DNA of 64,000 bases from Eubacteriales bacterium (lineage in GTDB: Bacteria; Bacillota; Clostridia; Oscillospirales; CAG-272): contig JAZNGE010000003.1 of the NCBI GenBank assembly GCA_045576315.1, positions 3,778 through 67,777 of the forward strand, written 5' to 3'. How positions within the stretch are numbered: position 1 is the stretch's first letter; each line of letters opens with the position of its first letter. The notes beneath the pieces are model-generated. The model saw only the letters and a program-made list of their open reading frames with translations, ran no database searches and was not told where the DNA came from. Positions 47,049 through 57,900 of this stretch are shown piece by piece. A program made the translations under genes and the position numbers.

Positions 47049-48731
47049 ATGCCCGAAAACTTTGAAAATGTACCGTGCGGCGATAATACTGCACCGTGGA
47101 TGAATAACGCCGCATACAACAATCATTACACGTACTCGTACATTTCGCGCTCGTCGTTCTATGCTATGATCAGCCCGACATACTACTCATTTATGAACAG
47201 ATTTGTACGAAATTGGCTGTGGTGGAATGACGGCTATGTGCCTTATTTCCACAATTCCGAGCGCGGTATCCCGTCAACGCATATAGGCGGCTCGCTTGTC
47301 GATAAAATATCAAGAAAAGTCGTAGGCGGTCGAATTATGTATAAGAACGCCGGCGATGACGAAAGCGTGAACGGTGCTAATAAAGCCTTGTTATACATAG
47401 GCACGAAGTGGGCTGTTGACACCGATTTCGAAAACGTAGTCAAAAAGGCTACCAAATACGCCGCCGCTGCAGGAACGGCTCTTGTAAAGCTCAACAAAGA
47501 CGACAAGGGACTATGGGCAGACGCGCTCAGGTTTGATCAGTTTATTTGTTCTGTTGGCTCTCGCGGAACCGTCGAAGAAGTCAAGTGTTTTTTGCAGTTG
47601 TTTACTAACTTGGGTGTGCAAAATTACAAAGAGGGCGAATCATTCACCGGTTACTACGTGGTGGAGTACCGCCACTTTGCAGACTTCACCAGAGCAACAG
47701 GACAGGTCATAAACAACGCACCTGTGGTTGAATATGCAATACACCGACAAAGCGGAAGCATCACAAACGGTCAATATGTGAGCCAAAGTATGACAGAGCG
47801 CGTTCCGTTCAGGGATCTTCCAAAGAAAATCAAGCGATCTATTGGTAAGGCATATTTTGGAATCGCATTTGACACCCCGACATTGCTGCCGTTTTCCAAT
47901 CATCTCGGTGCGGAACTTGTGAAATGGACGGGCGGCGTTACCGGTCTTCCCGAGTTGCCGTTTGGAGAAAGTTTCCTGTCTCCTATAATTTCTTACTTGC
48001 AATCTTGGGATTATTACTACGCGGCATCTAACACGGATATGTACCTCGGAAGAGGCAGAGTGTTAGTTCCGAAGCAGTTTATAGCAAAAGGTGCGGATGC
48101 TTCCCAATACAACGCAGGTCTTGATAGTTTTCAATACACACAATGGGCAACCACCGAGCCGGACAAGCAGAAACCCACTCCCATACAGTTTGACTTGCGT
48201 TCGACTTCTTGGAGTGAGATCCGCGACCGACTAATACAGGACATATCGATCAACACCGGTGTAAACGTTGCAACCATTGCCTCATTCTTGAACGATAATT
48301 CCGCAAAGACGGCAAGAGAGATAAGCACCGAGGAAAACGAAACGGCAGAGTATGTCAACGATCAACGCGCAATTATAGAGAAACCTCTCAACCGGTTGTT
48401 GTCTATTGTTACAAAGTATTATGGCTTCACCGATACTGTTGTAATCAGGTGGTCGAGCGCCGGTCTTACGAATAGATACACCAACGCAGAAATTATCTCA
48501 ATGGGACTGCGCGAAGGCTTTATATCACGCCGCAAAGCTATTCAGATGTTTAATTTTGACGATGACGAAGCACAGGTACAGCAGGAATATAAAGCTATAA
48601 TGGAAGATCAGAAGGCGGCACAGTCGCAGTTCCCCGATATGCCCTTTGGCGATAGCGAAAGCAATCCCTTTGACTTTGACGTAAAGGGCGGTGATACAAA
48701 TGGTGAAGGCGATACCGGACAGGCTGAATAA
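47049..48731 (+). CDS. portal protein
   Basis: position after terL; size; KTAREI motif as in A118/SPP1-type portals. Confidence 0.8.
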   Translation: MPENFENVPCGDNTAPWMNNAAYNNHYTYSYISRSSFYAMISPTYYSFMNRFVRNWLWWNDGYVPYFHNSERGIPSTHIGGSLVDKISRKVVGGRIMYKNAGDDESVNGANKALLYIGTKWAVDTDFENVVKKATKYAAAAGTALVKLNKDDKGLWADALRFDQFICSVGSRGTVEEVKCFLQLFTNLGVQNYKEGESFTGYYVVEYRHFADFTRATGQVINNAPVVEYAIHRQSGSITNGQYVSQSMTERVPFRDLPKKIKRSIGKAYFGIAFDTPTLLPFSNHLGAELVKWTGGVTGLPELPFGESFLSPIISYLQSWDYYYAASNTDMYLGRGRVLVPKQFIAKGADASQYNAGLDSFQYTQWATTEPDKQKPTPIQFDLRSTSWSEIRDRLIQDISINTGVNVATIASFLNDNSAKTAREISTEENETAEYVNDQRAIIEKPLNRLLSIVTKYYGFTDTVVIRWSSAGLTNRYTNAEIISMGLREGFISRRKAIQMFNFDDDEAQVQQEYKAIMEDQKAAQSQFPDMPFGDSESNPFDFDVKGGDTNGEGDTGQAE

Positions 48732-49782
48732 ACAGGCTCTTGCAGTTGAAGAAGCGCAGGGGCTGATACGCAAGGCTGTAAAGGATGCGCTTATGTACCG
48801 TCAGAGCAAGCGAGAGCTTGACAAGAAGGTATTTCGCATTATACAGCTTTGTATGGCTTCAATCACGATACCGTCGCTTCAAAATGCGGCGTATCGATCT
48901 CTCGTAGCATTCTATAACAGGCAAAGGCAGCTCGCGGCACGAATACCGGCGAAGCGGCTTTTTCTTTTTCTCTGCCTCTTGAAGCTGACGGAATGGAACA
49001 AACGCCCGGAGGAAAGGTCACCGTATACGGCTGATATTTCGCTCGTAGAGGCGCGAAAGACCGTGGCGGCAGAATGGGGCGGCGATATGCCCGAACGAAG
49101 CGACGAGATAATGAATCTCGGCTCACCTTTGCAGAAATATCACCGAGACTATTACCGCGAAAATATCCTTCCTACTTTCAACAAAATGGCGAGTGAGGAA
49201 GCACTTGACCCCGACTCCGAAAAGTATTGGGACAAGCGATCCACACTCCGTAACCGTGCAGAACGTGAGGTACGGTATCAAGGACACCTTGACAACCGTA
49301 CAGAGTTTGAAGCAAGGGGCGTAAAGCTCGTGATTGTTTCAGCTCACGCCGATTGCTCCGACCGTTGCCGCGAATGGCAAGGGCGCGTTTATTCCCTCGA
49401 CGGCACGTCCGGTACAACGTCAGACGGCAGAAAATACGTACCGCTTGAGGTGGCAACGGATATATATACCGAGAACGGCAAGTGGAAAAACGGTCTTTTC
49501 GGCTTCAACTGCCGTCATTATATGGTCGAGTACAAGGATGGATACCGTTTCCCCAAGGTCACGCTCAAAACCGAGGAGGAACAGTATAAGATCACCACAA
49601 AGCAACGGTATATGGAGCGGCAGGTGCGTGAATGGCGTACACGTGCGGCTATGTCAAAGGGCGTAGATGCCAAGGAATATAACCGCGCGATCGAGAAAGC
49701 ACGCTTCTATAACGAGCGATACATCAAGTATTCGCACAAGCACAACCGTCCGTATTACGATACGAGGACAAAGATAATTTGA
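48700..49782 (+). CDS. phage minor capsid protein
   Basis: VSAH..CS.RC..WQGRVYS, GLFGFNCRH, QRYMERQVR. Confidence 0.88.
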   Translation: MVKAIPDRLNKQALAVEEAQGLIRKAVKDALMYRQSKRELDKKVFRIIQLCMASITIPSLQNAAYRSLVAFYNRQRQLAARIPAKRLFLFLCLLKLTEWNKRPEERSPYTADISLVEARKTVAAEWGGDMPERSDEIMNLGSPLQKYHRDYYRENILPTFNKMASEEALDPDSEKYWDKRSTLRNRAEREVRYQGHLDNRTEFEARGVKLVIVSAHADCSDRCREWQGRVYSLDGTSGTTSDGRKYVPLEVATDIYTENGKWKNGLFGFNCRHYMVEYKDGYRFPKVTLKTEEEQYKITTKQRYMERQVREWRTRAAMSKGVDAKEYNRAIEKARFYNERYIKYSHKHNRPYYDTRTKII

Positions 49783-49977
49783 AGGAGGGCGAGAAGCCTA
49801 AACCTCTTATTATAAAAAGCCGGCGGAGCTTATCCGCAAGGGATGATGCGCATCGTCCGTCAGTGGTTGAATGCACACCGTGTGGAACGGGTGAAGTTGA
49901 CGTGGACACGGGGCGAATGTGTAGATTTCCGAAATTCTTGCAAGGAAAAAACGACAAAAAGAAAGGAAAACAAAAAA

Positions 49978-50517
49978 ATGGCACTTTTCAAGAAAAAGCG
50001 CACACTTGACGAAATCCTCGAGGACGTAAAAGACCTTACTCCCGATGAGGCAAAAGAGCTTCACGAGAAGATGAGCGACCTTTACAAAGCCGAGGACGAG
50101 CGCGAGATCGACAAGATCGAGGAAGAGAAAGCCGACACCGACGAGGTGAAGGACGAAAAATCCGAAGAGGTAACCGAGGAAAGCGAAGAAATCGGAAAGG
50201 ACGTTGACGAGGTAAAGGACGACGTCAAAGACGATGAGGACGAAAAGAGCGAAGAGGAAAAGCACGAAGAGGAAGAGTCCTCCGAGCAGCAGGAAAAGGA
50301 AGATGAAACCTTTAAGGCACTCACCGCTCGTATTACCGCTATGGAAGAGAGCTACGGAAAGCTCTCCGAAAAGCTTGAGGCTATGGCTGAAAAGCTCGAC
50401 GGCGGCAACTTCGGCAATCACCGCGGTGCTACCCCCGAGGGTGAAGAGGATGCAAACGGCGAGGACACTCGTATAATGCGTTCTTATTACAGCAAACAGC
50501 GTGATGCACGCAGATAA
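49978..50517 (+). CDS. head scaffolding protein
   Basis: highly acidic coiled coil upstream of the capsid gene. Confidence 0.65.
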   Translation: MALFKKKRTLDEILEDVKDLTPDEAKELHEKMSDLYKAEDEREIDKIEEEKADTDEVKDEKSEEVTEESEEIGKDVDEVKDDVKDDEDEKSEEEKHEEEESSEQQEKEDETFKALTARITAMEESYGKLSEKLEAMAEKLDGGNFGNHRGATPEGEEDANGEDTRIMRSYYSKQRDARR

Positions 50518-50565
50518 ACCACACCTAAATCAAAATCAAACCAATTAAAGAAAGGATAAAACAAA

Positions 50566-51630
50566 ATGGCACTTTTTGCTGACATCAAAACCCCTTATGT
50601 AAACGAAGCTACTCTTAAGAGAGTAATGTCCTCCCGTGTAAAGGACAACATTTTTCAGGGTATTTTCACCCGTCCCGGCGAGGCTGTAACCGAGAAGTTC
50701 TCCGAGGACACCTCCGCAGCGCAGATTCAGGTAATCCGCGTTAAGCCCAACACCGCCGAAGCTCGTGAGATCGGCTCTGCAAAGAACGGCGGTTGGTTTA
50801 ACTCCGCAGATGCTGCAACCCCCAAGACCGCAGCTTACGGCATCGACATCATCACCACCATTGACGACTGCATCGATATCCCCACCAATCAGGAGGATAT
50901 GATGAACGTTGACATCGCAGAGGCAGAGCTTACCAACCTCTCCGGCAGAGTCAACAAGAACGTAAACGCAGTTACTTTTGCAGCACAGCTCGCAAAGAAC
51001 TTTAACTCCATCGCAACCTCTGCGGTTACAAGCAACTGGGTAACCCTTCCTGCTTCCGATCCCGACTACAAGGCAGCTATCATCGCAGCAGGCGCAAAGC
51101 TCGACGACGGTAACGAGGCAGAGGGTGTAGACGCATATCCCGATAACTTCCGCGCTGTTTTTGTACGCTCTGAGGCAAAGGTTGAACTTCTCAACAAGGG
51201 TCAGATCATCATCGGCGGCTCTGATGCTGCACAGCGTATTCTCCGCAAGGGCGGTCTTGACGAGGACACTACTCCCGATGTAGCAGCTACCGGTTATCTT
51301 GGCGAGGTTGACAATATGCCCGTTTACTCCGCTTCCAAGGCTGTATGGACTCTCGCTGAGAAGTACCTCGGACTTACCGCAGGAGCGCTTAACGGCGTAA
51401 AGATGCTTGTCGTTTCCGGTATCGGCACTGGTCGTGCTCTTGCGTTCAACAACGCAATTAAGATCGTTGATTCTCCCGATGGTCAGGGTCGCAGACTTCA
51501 GCCGAAGTACAGATTCGGTGCTACCTGCTGGGATGCACTCTCGGTTGTTCCCGTTGTTGCTAACGGCTTCACCAACCCTGCAACCTCCGAAGCGCAGCTT
51601 ACTGTACTCGCACCCGGCTCTCGCGCTTAA
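50566..51630 (+). CDS. major capsid protein
   Basis: position, size, strong codon bias, downstream terminator; GYLGEVDNMPVY. Confidence 0.8.
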   Translation: MALFADIKTPYVNEATLKRVMSSRVKDNIFQGIFTRPGEAVTEKFSEDTSAAQIQVIRVKPNTAEAREIGSAKNGGWFNSADAATPKTAAYGIDIITTIDDCIDIPTNQEDMMNVDIAEAELTNLSGRVNKNVNAVTFAAQLAKNFNSIATSAVTSNWVTLPASDPDYKAAIIAAGAKLDDGNEAEGVDAYPDNFRAVFVRSEAKVELLNKGQIIIGGSDAAQRILRKGGLDEDTTPDVAATGYLGEVDNMPVYSASKAVWTLAEKYLGLTAGALNGVKMLVVSGIGTGRALAFNNAIKIVDSPDGQGRRLQPKYRFGATCWDALSVVPVVANGFTNPATSEAQLTVLAPGSRA

Positions 51631-51643
51631 TTTTATCTCTCAC

Positions 51644-51671
51644 AGAGGACATCCTTCGGGGTGTCCTCTTT
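51644..51671 (+). terminator. terminator after the capsid gene
   Basis: agaggacatcc ttcg gggtgtcctct tt. Confidence 0.8.
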
Positions 51672-51675
51672 ATAT

Positions 51676-51723
51676 GGCTTTTGCGGTCAGATACGCGCAG
51701 TTCGACTCTGCGCAAAGCCACCA
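51676..51723 (+). ncRNA. tRNA-like minihelix (acceptor + T-arm + CCA)
   Basis: ggcttt..cgcag TTCGACT ctgcg caaagcc a cca. Confidence 0.5.
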
Positions 51724-51741
51724 TACGAAAGGAGCAACAAT

Positions 51742-52170
51742 ATGAATAATGCACATATAAACGAGCCGTTTAATGATGATTTCCTCGTGTATGACGAGAC
51801 GAGCGGACGGTACGTAATAACCGAGCGAGGACTTGAGAAAAAAGGAATTTTTCTCCGTTCGCGTATCGAGCGATTTAACACCGAGTACGCGGCTGTTGTT
51901 ATAAGCGCGTACTGCGAAACGGTCGCAAACCACATCTACACGTACATATCGGATTTTGCGGTAAATCCCTATCAGCTTGCGGCTATGATAGCGCACGACC
52001 CGAATTACCGCCGCGTGATGTACAACGCACAGGCGGAGCAGGCAAAGTTCGTATACTTCAACGGAGATGCGACACTTTCGATCAAGCCCGAGGAGAGAAC
52101 GCACTACATCGCACCTCTTGCGGCTGCCGCGCTTGCAAATGCCGGACTGACTTACGCAGGAGGTTATTAA
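51742..52170 (+). CDS. head-tail connector-like protein
   Basis: position; ends LANAGLTYAG. Confidence 0.6.
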   Translation: MNNAHINEPFNDDFLVYDETSGRYVITERGLEKKGIFLRSRIERFNTEYAAVVISAYCETVANHIYTYISDFAVNPYQLAAMIAHDPNYRRVMYNAQAEQAKFVYFNGDATLSIKPEERTHYIAPLAAAALANAGLTYAGGY

Positions 52171-52172
52171 CG

Positions 52173-52601
52173 ATGATAGATCTGCTTGACATCCTCGCAG
52201 GGAGGGCGGCAGAGACCAACCCTGCAACGTATTACGAAAGCCGCCCGAACGGTCTTTTCACCCCGACAAGCACAGCGGATCTCTTTTCCCTTGAGAATAA
52301 CGGCGTTCCTATCGATTACGAAACGCTCGACCCTATGAGCTATCAGTTGCGCACCCTGTTTGGTGACGTGACCGACAGCAAGGGCAAAATGCTCGCTATC
52401 AAGACTAGAGATCAGCACGATTATAAGGTAGGCGGCTATATCGCAACACATGACGGCTCGCTCTACGTTATCGATGCGGTGACGGTCGATACCTCGGCGG
52501 CATCCAAGCAGGCGATGCGCTTTATTCCCGTGCCGCTTGAAACGGTATATATAATTCGACTCTTTGAAGTGGAGAACACTAACCGCGTAAGGAGGGGATA
52601 A
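52173..52601 (+). CDS. head closure/adaptor-like protein
   Basis: position; beta-rich. Confidence 0.55.
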   Translation: MIDLLDILAGRAAETNPATYYESRPNGLFTPTSTADLFSLENNGVPIDYETLDPMSYQLRTLFGDVTDSKGKMLAIKTRDQHDYKVGGYIATHDGSLYVIDAVTVDTSAASKQAMRFIPVPLETVYIIRLFEVENTNRVRRG

Positions 52602-52602
52602 T

Positions 52603-53028
52603 ATGGAGGGAGTCAACCTCTATGTAATTGCCGCCAAAGGATACGTGCTTATGAAGGGTGCGTCTCCGGTGGATACGGGAAATCTGCGAGATCATATTGA
52701 TCTGAAGCAGACGGGCACAAACGAGTACACCATATCCATAGGAGCACCAAACGCCCCATATGCCGTGTACACTAACGAGCCGTGGGTAGCTCCGTATTGG
52801 CGCGGCAAGAAAAACCCCAACGAGCATTGGATAGATAACGCCGTCGAGGACGTTGTTGATATGATCTGCGAGTTCACAGGCGGTAAGCTCACCAAGTTCT
52901 CCGGTGTAGAGGACCGATGGAGCAACAAGTCCTATTGGGAGAGTAAGGAAGGAAAAGAAAGGTTAAAGAGGTACGGTATAAATGATTACAAATCAGCAGT
53001 TAGCCGAGCTGTTACAGTCGAAACTTAA
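52603..53028 (+). CDS. HK97 gp10-like neck protein
   Basis: SPVDTGNLR...APYAVY motif. Confidence 0.75.
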   Translation: MEGVNLYVIAAKGYVLMKGASPVDTGNLRDHIDLKQTGTNEYTISIGAPNAPYAVYTNEPWVAPYWRGKKNPNEHWIDNAVEDVVDMICEFTGGKLTKFSGVEDRWSNKSYWESKEGKERLKRYGINDYKSAVSRAVTVET

Positions 53029-53998
53029 CGGCGATTATATAGACGGCGAATACGCAAACCTGCGCAAATACGGGCTTGATCAATTCACCCCCAACGTGCG
53101 CTACGAATTTAAAATATTTGCGAATGACGGTGAATATATCACGGCAGAAAACCGCGATGCGCTCGTTAGTGCAAACCCAACAAACACCGTCACGCAGTAC
53201 ATAAACGGCGTTTTCAAGACACCCGGCGGCAACACCGCAGAGGGTGCAAGCGCAGAAACGCTCAACACCGCGATAGAGGCACAGATAGAGCTACTTATCC
53301 CCAACTGTGACGATGAAGCGGAGTTTGCGGTAGACAATCAGACGTACCGCGTGCGCTTGCAGGATGCCATATCAACGCTCGTGCAGGACGTGTTGAGCTT
53401 GCCCTCAAACGATACGAAAGAGGACATCGACGGAATAATGTACTTTATCGGCGGCAGATACTCTCACGCATCGGTCGGAGAGAAGCAGCACAGAACGCAA
53501 GCAGGTCTCTCGGTCGTGCTCTCCCTGTTTATGACCTTTGCCGTCGTTGCGATGGGTATATCCTCACGCGAGATCAAGCTGAGCATTAAGAACGACAAGA
53601 ATAAATATGAACCTGTTTATTTTAACCGTATCAGCATATCGCGCACATCAACACAGGAGAATAACGTGCAGGCAACGCCCGGCTCTGACGGCGCGGAATA
53701 CGGCATCTCTCGCGCGAGAACAACCGCAACCCAGCTAGTGATAGGCTTCTCTGCTCCCGTACGCCCTACGTTGATAAATAAGGCTCTCACAAAGTACATT
53801 GTAAGCGGCACCGTTCCTATTCTTTCCGTAAAGCTCGAAATGCCAACAATATTGGAAGATACCGACGGAGACGGAAAACCGGAATTGCAGTACGAAAAAG
53901 GCTATTATACAATGACCTTTGCCGAGGGCGGTGTTGCCGGAGAGGAAAACCTCAACGCAGCTTATGATATCCGACTTGTAGAAGAAATGGAGGGTTGA
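52982..53998 (+). CDS. phage tail-related structural protein
   Basis: position; beta-rich 338 aa. Confidence 0.55.
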   Translation: MITNQQLAELLQSKLNGDYIDGEYANLRKYGLDQFTPNVRYEFKIFANDGEYITAENRDALVSANPTNTVTQYINGVFKTPGGNTAEGASAETLNTAIEAQIELLIPNCDDEAEFAVDNQTYRVRLQDAISTLVQDVLSLPSNDTKEDIDGIMYFIGGRYSHASVGEKQHRTQAGLSVVLSLFMTFAVVAMGISSREIKLSIKNDKNKYEPVYFNRISISRTSTQENNVQATPGSDGAEYGISRARTTATQLVIGFSAPVRPTLINKALTKYIVSGTVPILSVKLEMPTILEDTDGDGKPELQYEKGYYTMTFAEGGVAGEENLNAAYDIRLVEEMEG

Positions 53999-53999
53999 T

Positions 54000-54491
54000 A
54001 TGGCTGACGTAACGTATAGAATTATCCTGCAAGGCAAGGGCGGCGCAGGCACAAGCAAGCCAAAAAGCACCGCAACGACCCCGAAGGGCGAGGACATCTC
54101 CCCCATGGAGCAGGCATACGGCGCTTATAAACAGGTGCGTAACTGTGCCGCTGTTTCTCTCGCGCTCAAATACGCTCACACGCAGATAACGACAGGTATA
54201 AACCGTATAGATCTCCGCACAGGTCGCACGACCTATCAGCAGCAGTTGCAATGGCAGTATTCGACCGCGCTTAAGGGATTAAGCATCGTCGGAGCGATTG
54301 TTGGCGGTGCGGCTACTCAAAACTACCTCGCCGTTGTTGGCGGCGTTGTAAGTGCCATTGATATGGGTGTTGACTACGCCATCGAGCAGAAGAACATCAA
54401 TATCGAGCGCAGGGTTGAAAACATCGGTATCGGTATGGCGAATATCCGCGCCGGTGCAGGCGGTGACCGCCACAACCGCGCAACCTATTGA
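54000..54491 (+). CDS. helical protein with hydrophobic segment (mini tape-measure/pilot-like?)
   Basis: Gly/Ala hydrophobic stretch SIVGAIVGGAA..LAVVGGVVSA. Confidence 0.5.
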   Translation: MADVTYRIILQGKGGAGTSKPKSTATTPKGEDISPMEQAYGAYKQVRNCAAVSLALKYAHTQITTGINRIDLRTGRTTYQQQLQWQYSTALKGLSIVGAIVGGAATQNYLAVVGGVVSAIDMGVDYAIEQKNINIERRVENIGIGMANIRAGAGGDRHNRATY

Positions 54492-54533
54492 CAAATTCCC
54501 CCTGCCGTGCTAAAATAAGCACGGAGGTGTGTT

Positions 54534-54890
54534 ATGAAAAAGACTATTAAAATTATTGCTGTTGTGCTTTTGTTTGCATTGTCTATATGGTGCGGAATTG
54601 TAACAGTTACCTTAATTTTCGAAGCGGCGCAATACATAAGCGCCATAAGCAAGCACGAATCAACCGAAGTAGTAAAATCTATCACAAAAGGTTTTGTTAC
54701 CAAGATAATGCCTTATTGCGCGGTGTTTATAATGCTTGTTCTAAATGCCTTTTTCATTCTATTCGATTTTTACTTCCAAGAGTCAATTCTTATCATAAAA
54801 TCGAAAATAGAAAACAACAAAGAAAAGGCACAGCAAAGAAAAGTAAGCAAACTAAAGGCTAAAATTAAAAAGATAGAGGGCGACGAATAG
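54534..54890 (+). CDS. moron membrane protein (2 TM, basic tail)
   Basis: own TTGACA-17-TAAAAT promoter 54488-54516; terminator about 54875-54903; AT-rich. Confidence 0.75.
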   Translation: MKKTIKIIAVVLLFALSIWCGIVTVTLIFEAAQYISAISKHESTEVVKSITKGFVTKIMPYCAVFIMLVLNAFFILFDFYFQESILIIKSKIENNKEKAQQRKVSKLKAKIKKIEGDE

Positions 54891-54915
54891 TCGCTCTCTT
54901 TTATTTGGAGGAAAA

Positions 54916-57900
54916 GTGAATAAATTTACAGTATCACTTAAGCGAGACGGAGTGTGGCAACCCATAAATGCAACGCCCGTCTTTCCTTTTTCTTGGGGCG
55001 AGCTTTTAGACGAAAGGCTCGACGAGGCGTATATAACCGTCTACGACAGCACCGAGAAAACATACAGACGTCTGACCGACGTAAAGGTAACGATCACGAA
55101 CGGCTCACGAGTCAAGGAAGAATACTTTATAATTGCCTCGGATAACTCCTACGAGCTTCCCGTTGGTAGCGGAAAATACAAGCACGAGATATACCTCATA
55201 GAGCGCACAAAGCTTCTTGAAGGTATATACTGCTCGAGTATAACGTTTACAAACGCGATAGGCGCGGATTTTGTCAATACTAATGCAAAAGCAGTGCCAC
55301 AGACGCGAGATATCGGACTGGGAGGATGGGACGTCCCGGACGGATTTGTTGCCGACTTCAATCCGTATCAGCTTGCCGGAAGCGTTGTTCTTCCGACTCC
55401 ATCTCAGCTTGCGGATGAAATGTTGCCTTTCGTAAAAGAGGACGCCGGATCGGGATATGAGGTCTCGGAAGATTACATTATTGGATCAACAATTTTCAAC
55501 CGTACATCAGCCGAAGTAAATGGAGTCACATACGGTTTTAACGATCCGGTTACTCCCAATGTCGAGGGCTCTTTTATCGCTGATTATTTGCTATGTTATC
55601 ACGATGATAACTTAACCGGAGGAAGTTATATTCGCTATCCTTTGCGTTTTTATTGTGCCGCTGTCAAGAATCGCCTTCCTCTCAAACGTTGGAGCATAAC
55701 TGACTGTATCGCTCGCGCCTGCGAGCTTGCAGAGCCGCTGTTCCAAGGCGAAAAGCCGAAATACAGGCTTGAAGGCGTAGAGTATGACGAAAACGGAAAG
55801 GTTATAAAGCCGTATACAAAAGGCTCTCTTGCAGAGAAATACGACAAGGTATTTGCACCCGAATTTACGGCAACCGAGGACACCTTACGCGAGCAGTTAA
55901 AGCTGATCCTCTCTTACGTTCACGCTGAACCGTGGCTCGATGAAAACGACGTTATAAAGGTTACGGAGTACGGTGGCACGAAGAACAGCGCGGCGGCTTC
56001 GCTCCCCTACGTTTACAACGCGGTATCAAGCCATATAAACGAGTATTGTACGGAGATACGCTCACACGCTCAAAATCTCGTTTCCTCGCTTGGTTACGCC
56101 CGAGGGGTTATAACTGATCCCGGCAATGGTCTTTATCGCTCTGTGCGAAGCGATACGGCGTACGTGCGCATCAATGAGGGTAACGCGATGGCAATTACCA
56201 ACGCGCCTATATACTCTATCGAAAAGGTCTACTGCGGAATAGCTACGCAGGACGGCACCGGGTGGCAGCTTGCCCCGGTGGAGATCACGCCTTACGTATT
56301 CGAGGAAACCGAGTACAGCGCGAATTTGTCGAGCTATGCGGGCGGTTATCCGTATTCAAAGCAGTACGCGATATACTACACGCAAGGCTCGCCTAACCTT
56401 AAGGGGCTGTTCTTCAAGGCTCCGGATGCAATAGACTCGGCGAACTTTTCACAGTTTGCCATATCAAATATTCTCTCACTAAAAACGGGAAAGACGGCAA
56501 AAAATATCGATAAGCTACTCACCGATGCCGTCGGAGGTGCTGCATCTCTCGTTTTCTCCATCTCTTACAAGCCTATATCAAATCACTTTGTCAGCCACGG
56601 AAAGCAGCTGTACGTTGAGGGCGAAACGCCTTATATGCAGTTGTATAATCAGTCGGAAAACCTCGTAGAGAGCCAATATTACGGCGAGAATCTGCGCGGT
56701 GTGGCGGCAAGGCTCGGCAACATCGAGAAGGAGCGCACGTTCATTATCAAAAACATTAACGACGTTCCCCGAGTTGGAGAAATCCTCGACGGCTACGCAA
56801 TATCGGCGGTAAGCTGCGAGCTTTACCCGTTCGACATCAAATGCACGGTCGGTCTGACAAAGGATTTCAACCGCATATCCGAATACGTCGGTATAAACTC
56901 GCAGAAGCGAATGTACGAGATCTCGGAGCGTGCGGCGGTAGACCGTACCTTGCTTATCAAGGAAACGCTTGTAATAGGTGAGCGCCCCGACGATTACAAC
57001 GGAGATAACCAAATTTTTGGCGAGCTTTCCCCCTTTTACAATGCCTTCGACTCCGATGCCGCTAACGATAATTACAAGGTAAGCGTTGCTAGGTTTCAAG
57101 GGAAAACGTCTTCGGGAGATCCCGTCACTAACAACGAGGTATGCTTGCCCGTTATAGCGCGTGCGCTTGGAAACATCGTAACACTTAATTTCTCGATGAA
57201 GGACAACTACTCGGCAGGTACAAAAACACAGCTTATAACAAAAGCAGACAATGCAAGTGCCGATGTTCAAGGACGGTGGGAGCAAGACGTGCCGTACTCC
57301 GATTATTACGGTCGTGCGTGGTTTGCTGACGTTTGGTTTTACAGCGGCGATCTTTCAACCGGAAGAACACCCGAAGAACTCGCAAACTTTGCATATGAAA
57401 CGCCGTCAGAATCTGATATCTTACCGCCTCGAAAGGCTTACGTGCGTATTGACGATCACATCTTACGCAAGGACAACCGGGAGAGGATATCCTATAACGT
57501 TGAGCTTGATATAAAGACCTCGCGTGAGGACATTATAATCGGCTCGGCTCTTGCCGATCTCTGCGGCTGGGTGAACGACACGGCGGTTGCACCTGTTATG
57601 TACTATTTCGACACTTCAAAATACAGCGTTGGCAAGTTCGATAAAATATACACTCCTCACAATGACGATATATACGCAGGCTCGTTCGCGAGCGTTGCAC
57701 CCGATGCGAGTGCGTGGAAGGTTGCGAGGAACGGCGACGGCTCTCTCACGCTAACCGTTAATCCTCGCGGAACGGATTGCGGTTGGGTCATTTGCACGCC
57801 GATAACGACGCGCGACGAGCAGGTAGAGGACGAGAACGGCAACCCCGAGACCGTAACCTATACCGAGGGCGGCGAGATCCTTCTTGCGAGTAACACCGTC

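Noticed and set aside
49779-50009. 76-aa ORF or structured RNA between minor capsid and scaffold
   Set aside because: No RBS, overlaps the scaffold start, and no convincing fold by eye
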